Shown piece after piece: positions 1 through 12,054 of a DNA stretch of 64,000 nt (positions are counted from its first letter, which is position 1; each line of letters starts with the position of its first letter). Origin of the DNA: Eledone cirrhosa (taxonomy: Eukaryota); NCBI GenBank assembly GCA_964016885.1, contig OZ024759.1, positions 27,900,001 to 27,964,000 on the forward strand. The letters are read 5' to 3'. The notes beneath the pieces were generated by a model. That model ran no database searches. It had not been told where the DNA came from and saw only the letters and a list, made by a program, of their open reading frames with translations. A program made the translations under genes and the position numbers.

Positions 1-65
1 AAGAGACGACCGAAAGAAGAGAAAACGACTGTATTGGATGCATTGTTTGGTTTCCAGTATGAGGT

Positions 66-350
66 TAAAAAATGATTCTCTTGTATTCAACTTTGAAACT
101 CTGAGCCTGAGCTTTATTTATGATCAGAGTAAAACTGGCTCTAACAGGCGACTGAAGTCTTGAGAATTTGAACAGCAGCTCGGTAGAAGAAGGGATTAGA
201 GGAATCTTGGGAATAAATGCATTTTTTCCTTGATGATTGCCTCCAAGAATACTAACCTCTAGGGGATGGTTCATCTTCTGCCTGACTGTTAAGTGTATGC
301 CATTGCACAGACAAGAATTTAAAATACTTTCCTCATTATTTATCTGGTGT
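66..350 (-). mobile_element. Helitron PIF1-like helicase fragment (decayed)
   Basis: LCNGIHLTV...ILGGNHQGKNAFIPKIPLIPSSTELLFKFSRLQSPVRASFTLIINKAQAQSF resembles the Helitron consensus GLCNGTRL...[34 protein letters not shown]. Confidence 0.8.
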
Positions 351-354
351 TTAA

Positions 355-498
355 GGGCAGTGGATTGGCAGTATCGGTAGAGCGTCGGACAACATGCTAT
401 GTGGCATATAGTTATGGCCCTTTATGCTATGAATTCAAATCCCTATGAGGTTAGCTTTGTCTTTCATCCTTATGGGCTTGATAAAATGAAGTACCAGC
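355..498 (+). mobile_element. SINE family A (tRNA-like head, gcctttcatccttacggggtcgataaaataaagtaccag core), about 190 bp, about 30 copies in the window
   Basis: tggcagtatcggtaga A-box and gagttcaaatcc B-box. Other copies include 6666-6840, 7675-7858(-), 8250-8360, 16104-16293, 16392-16580, 29503-29860, 44715-44868(-), 45797-45940(-), 56160-56375, 57825-58008(-), 58166-58355, 62108-62210(-). Confidence 0.85.
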
Positions 499-716
499 AA
501 TTCGTTCCTGAGACATTCTAACCACATGCCCATAGTATCGGAGCTGTGATCTCTCAATTCGGAGAAGTACCGGCTCTACCTGGAGTGACTCCCTGATCTC
601 CGAGCTACGCACTTTATCAAGTAATGTTACTGCAAAGGCCCTTCGGAGGAATTCCATTTAGGCTGCTTGTATTCACACTCGTATTCTTTCGGTCAATACC
701 CAAGATTCATGACCCT
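498..716 (-). mobile_element. RTE-clade LINE 3' ORF fragment (family R1); also 24130-24262(-) and 29086-29327(+)
   Basis: MEFLRRAFAVTLLDKVRSSEIRESLQVEPVLLRIERSQLRYYGHVVRMSQERI, a typical post-RT RTE segment (LRWFGHV motif). Confidence 0.8.
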
Positions 717-784
717 AGGTAAGGGTTGGCCACAGGAACCTCTCGCCTGTTTTCAAAGTCCAGCAGTTGCAAGACTAGGAGGGG

Positions 785-828
785 TCGTGCTGATGAGAAC
801 GAGTTCAGTTCGAAATGTACATCCACGA
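785..828 (+). ncRNA. Type I hammerhead ribozyme, canonical core
   Basis: TCGTG-CTGATGA-GAAC(GAGTTCA)GTTC-GAAA-TGTAC-ATC|CACGA. Perfect stem I and stem II, palindromic stem III (ATGTACAT), AUC cleavage triplet. Stem I extends out to 758/852. Confidence 0.85.
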
Positions 829-2429
829 TTGTCCCCTTTGCTTCTGCTGGACACCACCAGATTGCATTAGTCGCTGGTGTTTTGGCATAGCTATGGCTCT
901 CTAAATGTTTATTTTAAACATACCATAATTCTTCTGAAATACGAAATTCCAATATACATCTGTATACAACTATGCCTGAAGCTAAATTGTAATCATATAT
1001 ATATAAACATGCACACATAATACACAAATAATGATTGATATAAGCATAAAAAAGTTGCCATGAAATTCAAGATTATATATACCCACACTTATACAACCTC
1101 AAGTAATATACATAATGAAAAATACATTAGACATACATACAATATACATACATAAACAACATACAGATATATGCTTACACATAATACACAATACATATAC
1201 ACAGACATATACACACTTTTCACAACACATGTTCATATATACACATACACACATGTTCATAAATACACATACACACATATACATTTACACACACATACAT
1301 TACACACACATGCTCATATATACACATACACACTTTGCACAACACATGCTTATATATACACATACATGCTCACAGACACATATACACTTTGCACAATATA
1401 CACATGCACACTTACACACACACACACACACACACAAAAAGAATATCAAATCAAATGAAAAAAAAAAGCTAAAGTTAATTACAACAACAACAACAACAGC
1501 ATCATCATCAACAACAGCATCAACATCATCATCATCATCAACAACAACAACGAGGAGTTCAATATAGTTGTGTTAGCAGTAATGAGGTCTGTGGATAAAT
1601 TGATGTAGAAATGGTAAATTATGGATATGTTGGGAAGGGGTGGTGTTGGTGGGGTGTTAGGGGTAGTGTATATATAATGACTGTTGTTGTTGTTGCTGTC
1701 ATTGTTGTTGTTGTTGTCGTTATTGCTGTTGTTATTGTTGTTGTTGTTGACATTGTTGTTGTTGTCGTTATTGCCATTGCTGTTGTTATTGGTGTTGTTG
1801 TCATTGTTGTTGTTGTTAATATTGCCATTGCTGTTCTTATTGTTGTTGTCGTCGTTGTTGATATTGGCATTGCTGTCCTTATTGCTGTTGTTGTCGTCAT
1901 CATTGTCATCTTTGTTGTTGTTGTTGTCGTCATTGATATTGCCATTGCTGTTCTTATTGCTGTTGTTGTTGTTGTTGTTATCGCTGTTGTTGTTGTTGTT
2001 GTTGTTGCTGTTGTTGTTGTTGTTGCTGTTGTTGTTGTCATCGTTGTGGAGAGGGTTAATACAAGGAAGTGATCAGTTTTTGCCCTCATTAGTTTTCTAA
2101 TCTTACAACAAGTACACTGCACCTGCTATCCTTCCTCTACCCCACCACCCCACACATACATATGTATATATCATTTTTTCTTCTGTCTTCCCCTCCACCA
2201 CTTCTCCCCCACTTTCACTCTCTGCAAACACACACACACACGCACACATACATACATATTGAAAGAAGAAGACAGGAGAAGAAGAGGAAGAAGAAGAGGA
2301 AAAAGAAGACAGGAGAAGAAAAAGAAGACAAGAGAAGAAAAAGACAAGAAGAAGAAGACAGAAGAATGTTAAAGAAAACAAAAGATGAAGATGAAGAAGA
2401 AAATAAAAAGAAGTCTGAAGATCACAGTT

Positions 2430-2688
2430 GAAGGAAGAAACCAGATGAAGGAAGAAGCCAGATGAAGGAAGTAGCCAGATGAAGGAAGAAGCCAGATGAA
2501 GGAAGTAGCCAGATGAAGGAAGTAGCCAGATGAAGGAAGTAGCCAGATGAAGGAAGAAGCCAGATGAAGGAAGAAGCCAGATGAAGGAAGAAGCCAGATG
2601 AAGGAAGAAGCCAGATGAAGGAAGAAGCCAGATGAAGGAAGAAGCCAGATGAAGGAAGAAGCCAGATGAAGGAAGAAGCCAGATGAAG
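2430..2688. repeat. 17-bp minisatellite, about 15 copies
   Basis: Unit gccagatgaaggaagaa. Confidence 0.95.
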
Positions 2689-3118
2689 AAAAGAAGAAAA
2701 AGAAGACGAGTGAAAAAAGAAATGAAAAAAAAAAAACAACTGATGAAAGAAGACAGAAGAAAAAAGAAGAAAGAGGAAGATGAAGAGAGAAGAAAAGAGA
2801 TGAACGAGGAAGATGAAGACCTATGATAGAATAAAAAGGAAAAGAAGCCAGATTGAAGTATAGGAAGGTCACAGAAAACTAGGATATACCACATATAATG
2901 TTGTAATCAACAAATTAGTATATTAGATACTTTTTTTTTTACTTACTATACACTTTGACAGGTATTATGTTAGTATGAATATATATAAATCATGTCGCCA
3001 GAACACTCCACTTTATGATTATATATATACATACATATATATATATATTTACATATATATATATTTTTTTACATACATATATATATATTTACATACATCT
3101 ATATATATATTTACATAC

Positions 3119-3838
3119 ATCATCATCATCATCATCATCATCATCAGGTTTAGCGTCCGTGTTCCACGCTTGCATGGGTTTGGACGGGGGTTTTCCCACT
3201 TGAGGCAAGAGTGGTTGTCTTGCTCGCATAGGACTGTCTGGCGGGTTTTCTACAGTTGGATGCCCTTCCTAACACCAACCACATTTACAGTGTGGGGCTG
3301 GGCGGTTTTTACCGTGTTGCCTACACGGCCACATTACAGCGTGGACTGTCTGGCGGGTTTTCTACAGCTGGATGCCCTTCCTAACACCAACCACATTTAC
3401 AGTGTGGGGCTGGGAGGTTTTTACCGTGTTGCCTACACGGCCACATTTACAGCGTGGACTGTGTGTTTTTTGTCGTGACACCTACACGATCTCATTTGTT
3501 TCGGCCTGGATGTTGTGGGACCAACATAACTTTACATTGAAAGGGGCGGTGTGGGTGGGGTGGAGGGTGGTGGGACGGGGGTGTGTTTTGATAGAGATGC
3601 CTACTGACTGTAGTAGGTTTTTACTTTGTATTTAGGTAAGGCGGGTCTTCTCTATTACTGAGTACCGCCAAAGGTCTCGGTCCAGTGACATTGTCTTGGA
3701 GAGGTGTAAGCGTGTGAGGTCGGAATTTATCAGCTCGTCCCATGTTTTTCTGGGTCTGCCTACTCCGTGGCTACCGTCTATCTTTATTGCCCTGCACTTT
3801 GTTATACAGCTGTCGTCTTTCATGCGCATCACGTGACC
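3119..3838 (-). mobile_element. RTE-like LINE 3' end (family R2) whose 3' UTR carries the GGAAGGGCATCC domain and (GAT)n tail
   Basis: [42 protein letters not shown]...DRDLWR. Inverted near-copy at 23180-23692, relative at 33140-33475. Confidence 0.8.
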
Positions 3839-3839
3839 G

Positions 3840-4094
3840 TGTATATATATATATATATATATATATACATACATGTATATATATATACATACATGTATAT
3901 ATATATATACATGTATATATATATATACATAGATGTATATATATACATACATGTATATATATATATACATGTATATATATATATACATAGATGTATATAT
4001 ATACATACATGTATATATATACATACATGTATATATATATATATTTACATACATGCATATTTACATATATATATTTACATACATACATATTTAC

Positions 4095-4175
<81 letters not shown>

Positions 4176-4456
4176 AACAAATATGTGTAGATGTGTGTCT
4201 GTGTGTTTGTTTTTATATAAACATATTTTTTATATCATATACTTATAGTGCTTGTAAATATTTTACACACACAAACAGATATATATTTATATTGTGTGTC
4301 TGTATGTTTTTATATAAATATGTGTGTATATATTTTTTTGTTATATACACAGCAGTGGAGTGCTAGGGGTGGGTAGATAATGACCAAGATGGAAATACAT
4401 ACTGCCAGTAATTAGGAAACCCAAGCTTTCTAAATCACATTGACTTCTTGAGTGTC

Positions 4457-4546
<90 letters not shown>

Positions 4547-4623
4547 CATATATATATGTGTGTGTATATATATATATTTATATATATAAGAATAATATAT
4601 ATATATATATACACACATATATA

Positions 4624-4695
<72 letters not shown>

Positions 4696-5025
4696 TAATA
4701 TATATATATATGAATAATATATATATATATATATATGAATAATATATATATATATATATATATGAATAATATATATATATATATATATATGAATAATATA
4801 TATATACATATATATATGAATAATATATATATACATATATATATGATTATGTATAATATATATATATATATGTTTAACATGTATAACATATATATATACA
4901 TATATATATATGATTATGTATAATATATATATATATTTATAACATGTATAACATATATATATATATATATATTTATAATATGTATAACATATATATGTAT
5001 ACATATATATATATATATACATATA

Positions 5026-5084
<59 letters not shown>

Positions 5085-5373
5085 GTATATATATATATAT
5101 ATACATATAGTATATATATATATATATACATATAGTATATATATATATATATACATATAGTATATATATACATATAGTATATATATATATATATACATAT
5201 AGTATATATATATATATATACATATAGTATATATATACATATAGTATATATATATATATATACATATAGTATATATATATATATATACATATAGTATATA
5301 TATATATATAGTTTATATATATATATACATCTAGTTTATATATATATGTATATATATATATATACATCTAGTT

Positions 5374-5405
<32 letters not shown>

Positions 5406-5432
5406 TATAGTTTATATATATATATATACATC

Positions 5433-5473
<41 letters not shown>

Positions 5474-5560
5474 GTATATATATATATATATATATACATA
5501 TAGTTTATATATATATATACATCTAGTTTATATATATATATATATACATATAGTATATAT
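3840..5560. repeat. Large (TA)n-based compound microsatellite field, representative of many in the window
   Basis: Near-continuous TA/TACA/TAG variants; source of the YI-rich spurious ORFs. Confidence 0.95.
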
Positions 5561-5973
5561 ACATATTCACATGCATATAAAATTATATTGGTATAAATAC
5601 AGAGTGTGTAGCTGAGACAACCAATGTGTATAAATCTAGATTAGATTAGATATGTGTATATATTTATATGTGTATATATATTTATACACTTTGATGCAGT
5701 CTTGGTTACACACACTGTATTTGTACAGATATATCTTTATCATACACTTCAGCCACTAGCACACTTTTTACTACACACACACACACACCACACACATATA
5801 CATACATACATATATATATATATATTGTTATACTTTGGGAGGGTCATGTTGCCAATAAGAAACACGCGCACCAGTTGCTTTCACTTCAATTTATTATAAA
5901 TTTATAAATTTAGGAATATATAAAATTTCCGGTTGGTTGGTTGCTTCCACAACCAGATGGTTGTTTATATATT

Positions 5974-6016
5974 GTCAAAGTTCTTTCGTCACACATTCTG
6001 TGACCTCTTCAGTGAC
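5974..6016 (-). ncRNA. Minimal type I hammerhead motif in a (TA)n-associated element (about 5822-6080)
   Basis: Minus strand: GTCA-CTGAAGA-G-GTCACA(GAATG)TGTGAC-GAAA-GAA-CTT|TGAC. The element end recurs in reverse at 19853-19900 and 47560-47592. Confidence 0.7.
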
Positions 6017-6087
6017 TGGGGGTTCTTTTCTTTGTTTTTTGTGCCTCTCCTTTGTTCTGTCCTACGCCATCTTGTTTTTGTGTGTGT

Positions 6088-6152
<65 letters not shown>

Positions 6153-6259
6153 TGACTGAATACGCATGTGTTTTTTTCTACCCCTTTCTTTTCTCATTTT
6201 TCCCATTCCTTCCTCTCATCACTTTTTACTCTCTATTAATCTTCTATTTCTAACTCTAT

Positions 6260-6293
6260 CTTTTGATGAAGGACTAGTGTCTGAAACGTTAAG
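6260..6293 (+). ncRNA. Minimal hammerhead motif, family H1 (C3U variant)
   Basis: CTT-TTGATGA-A-GGAC(TAGT)GTCT-GAAAC-GTT|AAG, with the same flanks as the copies at 17484, 21189, 45454 and 51275. Confidence 0.6.
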
Positions 6294-8412
6294 TCTCTCT
6301 TCCTGGTATTTCAAGCGTTAAACTAATATATTACTTCCATGTACTGTGTAGTTTGTTTTGTTATTTCTGTTTAACTTTACCCCCCCCCCCCACATATATA
6401 TATATGTATATATATATATATGACTGAAAAGTTTCAAACAGCTGGTGCAGTGCAGTAGAAATATATAAAGAGCAAATAATAATAAAGAAAATAAACAAAA
6501 CAGAGTAATGTTTTGCCGAGTATATTTCCACATGATATTGCAGGGCTAAACCCTCTTTCCAAATGTGAAATGGGAACAGTTCGGAATGGACAATTGATGT
6601 GTTCTTCTCTAACTCGCCTACGTGTCTAATATACACCTGCACAGAGACATTATAGTACATATATGGGCAGTGAATTGGCAGTATTGGTAGAGGGTCGGAT
6701 GCCATAGAGTTATGGCCCTTGCCATTCTGAGTTCAAATCCCGCCGAGGTTAACTTTGCCTTCCATCCTTACGGGGGTCGATAAAATAAAGTACCAGTAAT
6801 GCACTGGGTAATTGCTGGCCTTGTGCCAATAGTATAAACAATTATAGTATATATATGTATATAGACACACACACAAACACATCCACACACATGCAAACAC
6901 ACAAACACACACCCACACACATGCACAACTACACACACACACAAAAAAAACCTGACTGAAATAATGAGAAATAAGTAAACCCATCAGGATGAAAGTTGAT
7001 TAACTCTTATTTTTTTTTTTTTTTTTGATCCAATTATTTTTGTTACTATTGTAGTTGTTGTTGTAGTTGTTACTGTTGTTGTTATTGTACTTGTTGTAAT
7101 TGATGCTATTGAAGACAGAAGAAGCCTTTTAGAAGAACAAAAGGAAAACTTACAAAGTCAAGCTTCTTCACATCTAATATAGTAATTATTAAATTATACA
7201 TATGTTTTACAGTACATTCTGCCATTTTTGACAAGTACTATGCTAGGATATATATATAGGGATGTATTTAATTATGTCTCATATAAAATAATACAACTGG
7301 CTATCCGCAAAATACGTATAGTTAGCACCCCAAACGTATAATTGGGATTATACTAAGGTATATCCTAATGTTTGTTGAGTGAGACGGAAGCCGGTCGGAG
7401 TATTGCTTAAAGCTTTCTCTGTTAATGTATTAAATATATAGATATATATGAATTTGGTTTGCAAGGTTTTTGATATGAAATCGTGTGTTGAAACACACAC
7501 ATATATGTATATATACATTGAAGTTTGGTAGTTCACCACTGAATAGAACTGGTCATTCCTTATAGTTAAACATGATGTAATAGTAGGAAAAACACTCAAT
7601 GTTATGCAACTCATCCATCTTTGATGTTGAATACTGTTGGTGGTGCAGGAATGGAGTTAATTATTATTGAATATAATTGTTTCTACTTTTGGCACAAGGC
7701 CAGCAATTACCCAGTGTATCACTGGTACTTCATTTTATCGACCCCGTAAGGATGAACGGCAAAGTCAACCTCGGCGGGATTTGAACTCAGATCGTAAAGG
7801 GATGGAACTATGCTGGAAAGCATGGTGACCGACACTCTACCGATACTGCCAATCCACCGAATGACAGGAGGCCAGACTGGTGAATTTCCTTCTAAGTTTT
7901 ATTGTTGCAGACATTATATATATTTCAGTGGCCACATTATGTGTATATTATATAATAGTTACACAAGAAAGGAATGATGGTAAACACAAACCGAGAGGGT
8001 ACAAGAAGAGAAAAATATAGAGAACAAAAATAGAAAATATTTGATTCGGAGACGGCCTATGGGCTAGGTGTTGTCAGTATGACTGACTACCTCCAAATAA
8101 ATATGCTTGTCAATGTATGCCTTGTTGGTTTGATATGTGTGTGTGAGCTTCTATGTATTCTGTGGGTATAAATCAAATATTTGTATGATGATCATGTTTC
8201 TCAAAAAATAAGCTCAATAGACCTTAGTTCAGAACATTAATTATTTAAATTTAAATCCCGCCGAGGTTGACTTTGCCTTTCATCCTTACGGGGTCAATAA
8301 AATAAAGTACCAGTAATGAACTGGGTAATTGTTGGCCTTGTGCCTAAAGTAGAAACAATTAATTATTTAAATTTAAAAGATATATGTATATATAATTGAA
8401 AGGTGAACTTAC

Positions 8413-9945
8413 CTAAACCAAAGTAAAGTCCTTTGATAATTGTATTTAGTCCATTGGTTGTTGATAATAGATTTGTATAGCTTGATATCGACACAAGCAC
8501 AAGTCCATAGCTAAATCCATGAAAGGGCTCAAGCAGCAGAACTAACCAGCCTTTTGAGATTAATGAATAGCCGAGAAATCGGATACAATAAGCTGCCAGA
8601 GATAACGACAAGCTGGCTATATGTCCAATGTGTTTAATTATTTTGTTTGATACCAACACTATGAGGATCTCTGAGAAAGTGTTGAGTAGTAAGCAGAGTC
8701 CAAACAGTAGATATGAACTATTGAGGTCTTTCAGGTACCAGAGAAGAAATGTTGATATAGATCCATCAAAGATACCAAAACATATAACAATGAAAAGAAA
8801 ATGTAGGACTTCACAGTTCCTAAATGTAATCCTGAGTTTTTGTGGGTTTTGGGAAGATTTGAGGGTGTCGGTAATGTCAAGTTTTGAACCAATGAGAGAA
8901 GATAATGTGGTGAATGTGACAAAGAGATAAAATAAAAGATGATAATCAACAGGTTTGTTGTGATATTGTTGCAGTAATTCCATTAAAACTGCTGAGGTCA
9001 GTGCACACAGTCCATAGCCTAAAGTACCCCATATACGTTGGTGTCCAAGTGAAGGGCTTGGCTCACTCAGTTGACTGCTAGCAATAGAATCTATAAGGCT
9101 TACTGACGGCAACAATAACAAAGCACAAGTGATTTGAATGACAAGGAAGATAGCAAATGTGGTGCCATACAAATCCACATGTTGTTCACAACCAGTTTTA
9201 TCCTGTCGCGTGCACTGAAATTTACAGTTGAGGACTGTTTCCTCATCACAGAGCATTTGCCAGTATGGTTTGCCATTATGGATCAAGTTTTTTAAATTAT
9301 AGTCCTTGCAGACAAGGTGGGGCAAGAGAACTCTCTCTAAATGTATTTCACTTTTCAAATTAACTGTAGTATTTGATATAGTGAAGTGGAGATAAGTCTC
9401 TTTGCTAGAACTCACCCAGATATCAAAACAACTACGTTCACCAAAAGGTCGGACATCTGTGGTAAAACACACACGAGAGGTATAAGCTCCAGGAACAGCA
9501 AATAGGCAGGAAGCCTCACAGCTGAGTTCAGTCAAATTGTTGGTCTTGGCAAACAGTGCATAATCATAAAACGTCACTGGACACTCAACTGCAGAATTAT
9601 GGAGTGGTTGATGAAGGTTTTTAGATGTATTATGATGTTCAGATGAAATACAGTCACGGATGTAAGAGTCTTGTGTATTACAGTGAACATTTGTTTTTAT
9701 GGCAGTATTGGATGGTACATTGTTTGGTGGTACCAACAGCAGACACAAATATACAAGACCTGATAAGAATGTACACAAAAGCAGCAAGAATTTATGTTTT
9801 TGGAATTGGTCTGCCAAGAAACTAAACACACGTTCTGCAAGTATTCCAATTATTAAAACAGATCCAATGATAATCCCTGATTCTTGAGCAGATAATCCCA
9901 GACTTCTCATATATAGTGGAATGAAGGGTAACAAAAATCCAAGAG
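8413..9945 (-). CDS. MFSD6-like MFS transporter, large second coding exon (1533 nt)
   Basis: Covered by the 523-aa ORF 8363-9934. Acceptor ttttctttttttttttcag|CT at 9945, donor TTAG|GTAAGT at 8413. Many TM helices and MFSD6-type motifs: FLADQFQKHK, GHQRIWGTLGYG, FLLWYLKDL, IRFLGYSLI, LLEPFHGFSYGL, GLYFGLG. C-terminal exons not identified in the window. Confidence 0.9.
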
Positions 9946-10049
9946 CTGAAAAAAAAAAGAAAAAAGTTTAATACTGGCATAAAACAGAAATAGATTGGAT
10001 CTACACAACATCAATTCTAAATATAGACTACATTGGAAATGTATGTATG

Positions 10050-10083
<34 letters not shown>

Positions 10084-10457
10084 TGTATGTATGCATGTAT
10101 GCATAGACTTGTAACTGCTAGTGTACATATGTACATACATACCTTATCTTCCTTTCTCTCTCTCTCTCTCTATCTATATATATATATATATAATCATCAT
10201 CGTTTAAACGTCTATCTTCCACGCTAGCATGGGTTTAGACAGGAATTGTCCCACTTGAGGCAAGATTGGTCGGGTGACCATGTCTCTCTCGTATGGGACT
10301 GTCTGGCAGGTTTTCTATGGCTGGATGCCCTTCCTAACACCAATCACGTTTACAGTGTGGACTGGGAGGTTTTTACTGTGTTACTAAACGGCTTACCATA
10401 TATAAACACATAAATATATATACACATACATACACACACATATAAATATATATATAC

Positions 10458-10492
<35 letters not shown>

Positions 10493-10690
10493 TTATATAT
10501 GTATACACATACACACACACATATATATAAAACCCATACAGACACACACATATATCAGATATCTCAGCAAAAGGAGTGAATTTAAAAAAAACTGAAGAAA
10601 AATCTCTTTTGTAAGATGTATCTCATACACTATGCTCTGAATATTATTGCAGAGACCAATAATTTACCTTGAGTATTTTCTCCTGAGTGT

Positions 10691-10728
<38 letters not shown>

Positions 10729-11106
10729 ATTCACACGCATACATAAACACTGGGAAATATATTAGATATTATAAATTATTGTCATAAGGGAATGTATGAA
10801 TACCACACAAATTATTATATGCATATATGCTAGTGTTTTTGTCTAGAATTGTAATTTCAGTCTCTTTGCATCTTACGTATGTAGAGGAACAACACTAACA
10901 GAACAAACTAGTTGATTAAAGGTTGTCACGAGGGAGAGAAAGAGAGAGGGAGGATGAGATTGGGTGTGTAGGGCTGAATTAAATAAGTTGTAAAGGTGGG
11001 AAGCCATATCATCTCCATCACCACAAACAACATCTACATTGTCACCACAATCACTCCCAAACTCCACCACTATCACCACCACAACCACTGCCAACACTGT
11101 CAGTAA

Positions 11107-11649
11107 TCATTGGTCTTGTAGAGAGGCTTTTAAAGCTTCTTCAATCATTTCTTCTTCATGTTTTGAGAAATCAACAAACACATCATATTCAAAGCGATAC
11201 TCAAACCGACCAAAACTGGCCAGAATTCTCTACCTCTTTCTGTTGGAACTGGCTGTAACTGGTCGCTCAAACTGATGTTAAGGTATTGTTCTCAAAATAA
11301 ATGCTTTCAAAATCTCATAGATTCGATATTATGTGAGATAATTATGTGAGGTAAAGCCTTTACCATGAAAATATAATAGCATATATAAAATAATGTGAAT
11401 GCTAAAGGGTTAAACTCGAGTGGCGGATGAAGTTGGCACTGAGTCTATGTGGTTCACCCCAGGGCATTGAGGTGCAAATAGGACACACCACTTTGGCGCT
11501 GCTATTGGAATGATGTGTAAGACAGGGTTGCACAAAAGATGGACAGTCTAGATTACGGACACCAAAGTAAGGACACTGGAACATTGACCTTTGGGAACAT
11601 TACTGGGACATGGTTGTGAGGTAGGGGTTACTGGTTTGAACAGAGGCAT
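11107..11649 (-). pseudogene. Processed pseudogene of an RNF166/RNF114-family (RING-C2HC-Di19-UIM) E3 ligase, C-terminal half
   Basis: Minus strand: FKPVTPTSQPCPSNVP-(1-nt frameshift)-RSMFQCPYFGVRNLD...VVCPICTSMPWGEPHRLSANFIRH [MITE] YRFEYDVFVDFSKHEEEMIEEALKASLQDQ*. This matches the RNF166 C-terminus as I recall it (PTSQPIPSNIPNRSTFACPYCG...VVCPICSAMPWGDP...FSYDTFVD + UIM). Intronless, zinc ligands lost, 5'-truncated. Confidence 0.85.
11203..11413. mobile_element. piggyBac-type MITE copy inserted into the RNF166-like pseudogene (left TIR lost)
   Basis: Ends AATGCTAAAGGG TTAA; colinear with 13807-13872 plus 14222-14347. Confidence 0.8.
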
Positions 11650-11972
11650 ATGTATATAAAAGGAAGGATCGACTTTCATCAAATCGGACCAAGGAAACAA
11701 TGTTTCCATTGGTCTTTCCTATTGCTAATACTATCTATCGGTCGCAACTCCAGGTACAAGGAGCAACGTGAAATAAAGTGTCTTGCTCAAGGACATAACG
11801 CAGCACCCGGTCCAGGAATTGAACTCACAACCTCACGATTGAGAGAGAGAGAGAGAGGGTGGGGACTGGCTGTTTGCTATGTCAAACTCAGTAGACAGAA
11901 ACGAAGACATGGAAGGGGGTACAAGTACTAGAACAACAACAACATTTAAATTACGTTAAATATTTCACTTAC

Positions 11973-12054
11973 CTGAATAGAAGAAGAAGTAGAAAATCTT
12001 GAGAGGGAGGAGAGCCTTGTTAATGGTGATCTGGCATTGTTGTTTCCTGACCAT
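11973..12054 (-). CDS. MFSD6-like MFS transporter, first coding exon (MVRKQQCQITINKALLPLKIFYFFFYS+G)
   Basis: Minus strand reads CCACCATGG (ATG at 12054), 82 nt, then G|GTAAGT donor. The phase-1 end splices in frame to the exon at 9945, giving KIFYFFFYSALGFLLPFIPLYMRSLGLS, the typical MFSD6-family TM1 start. Confidence 0.85.

Noticed and set aside
8363-9934. Treating the 523-aa ORF as a complete intronless gene
   Set aside because: It starts at TTG inside an exon; consensus splice sites bound it at 9945 and 8413; TM1 lies in the 11973-12054 exon.
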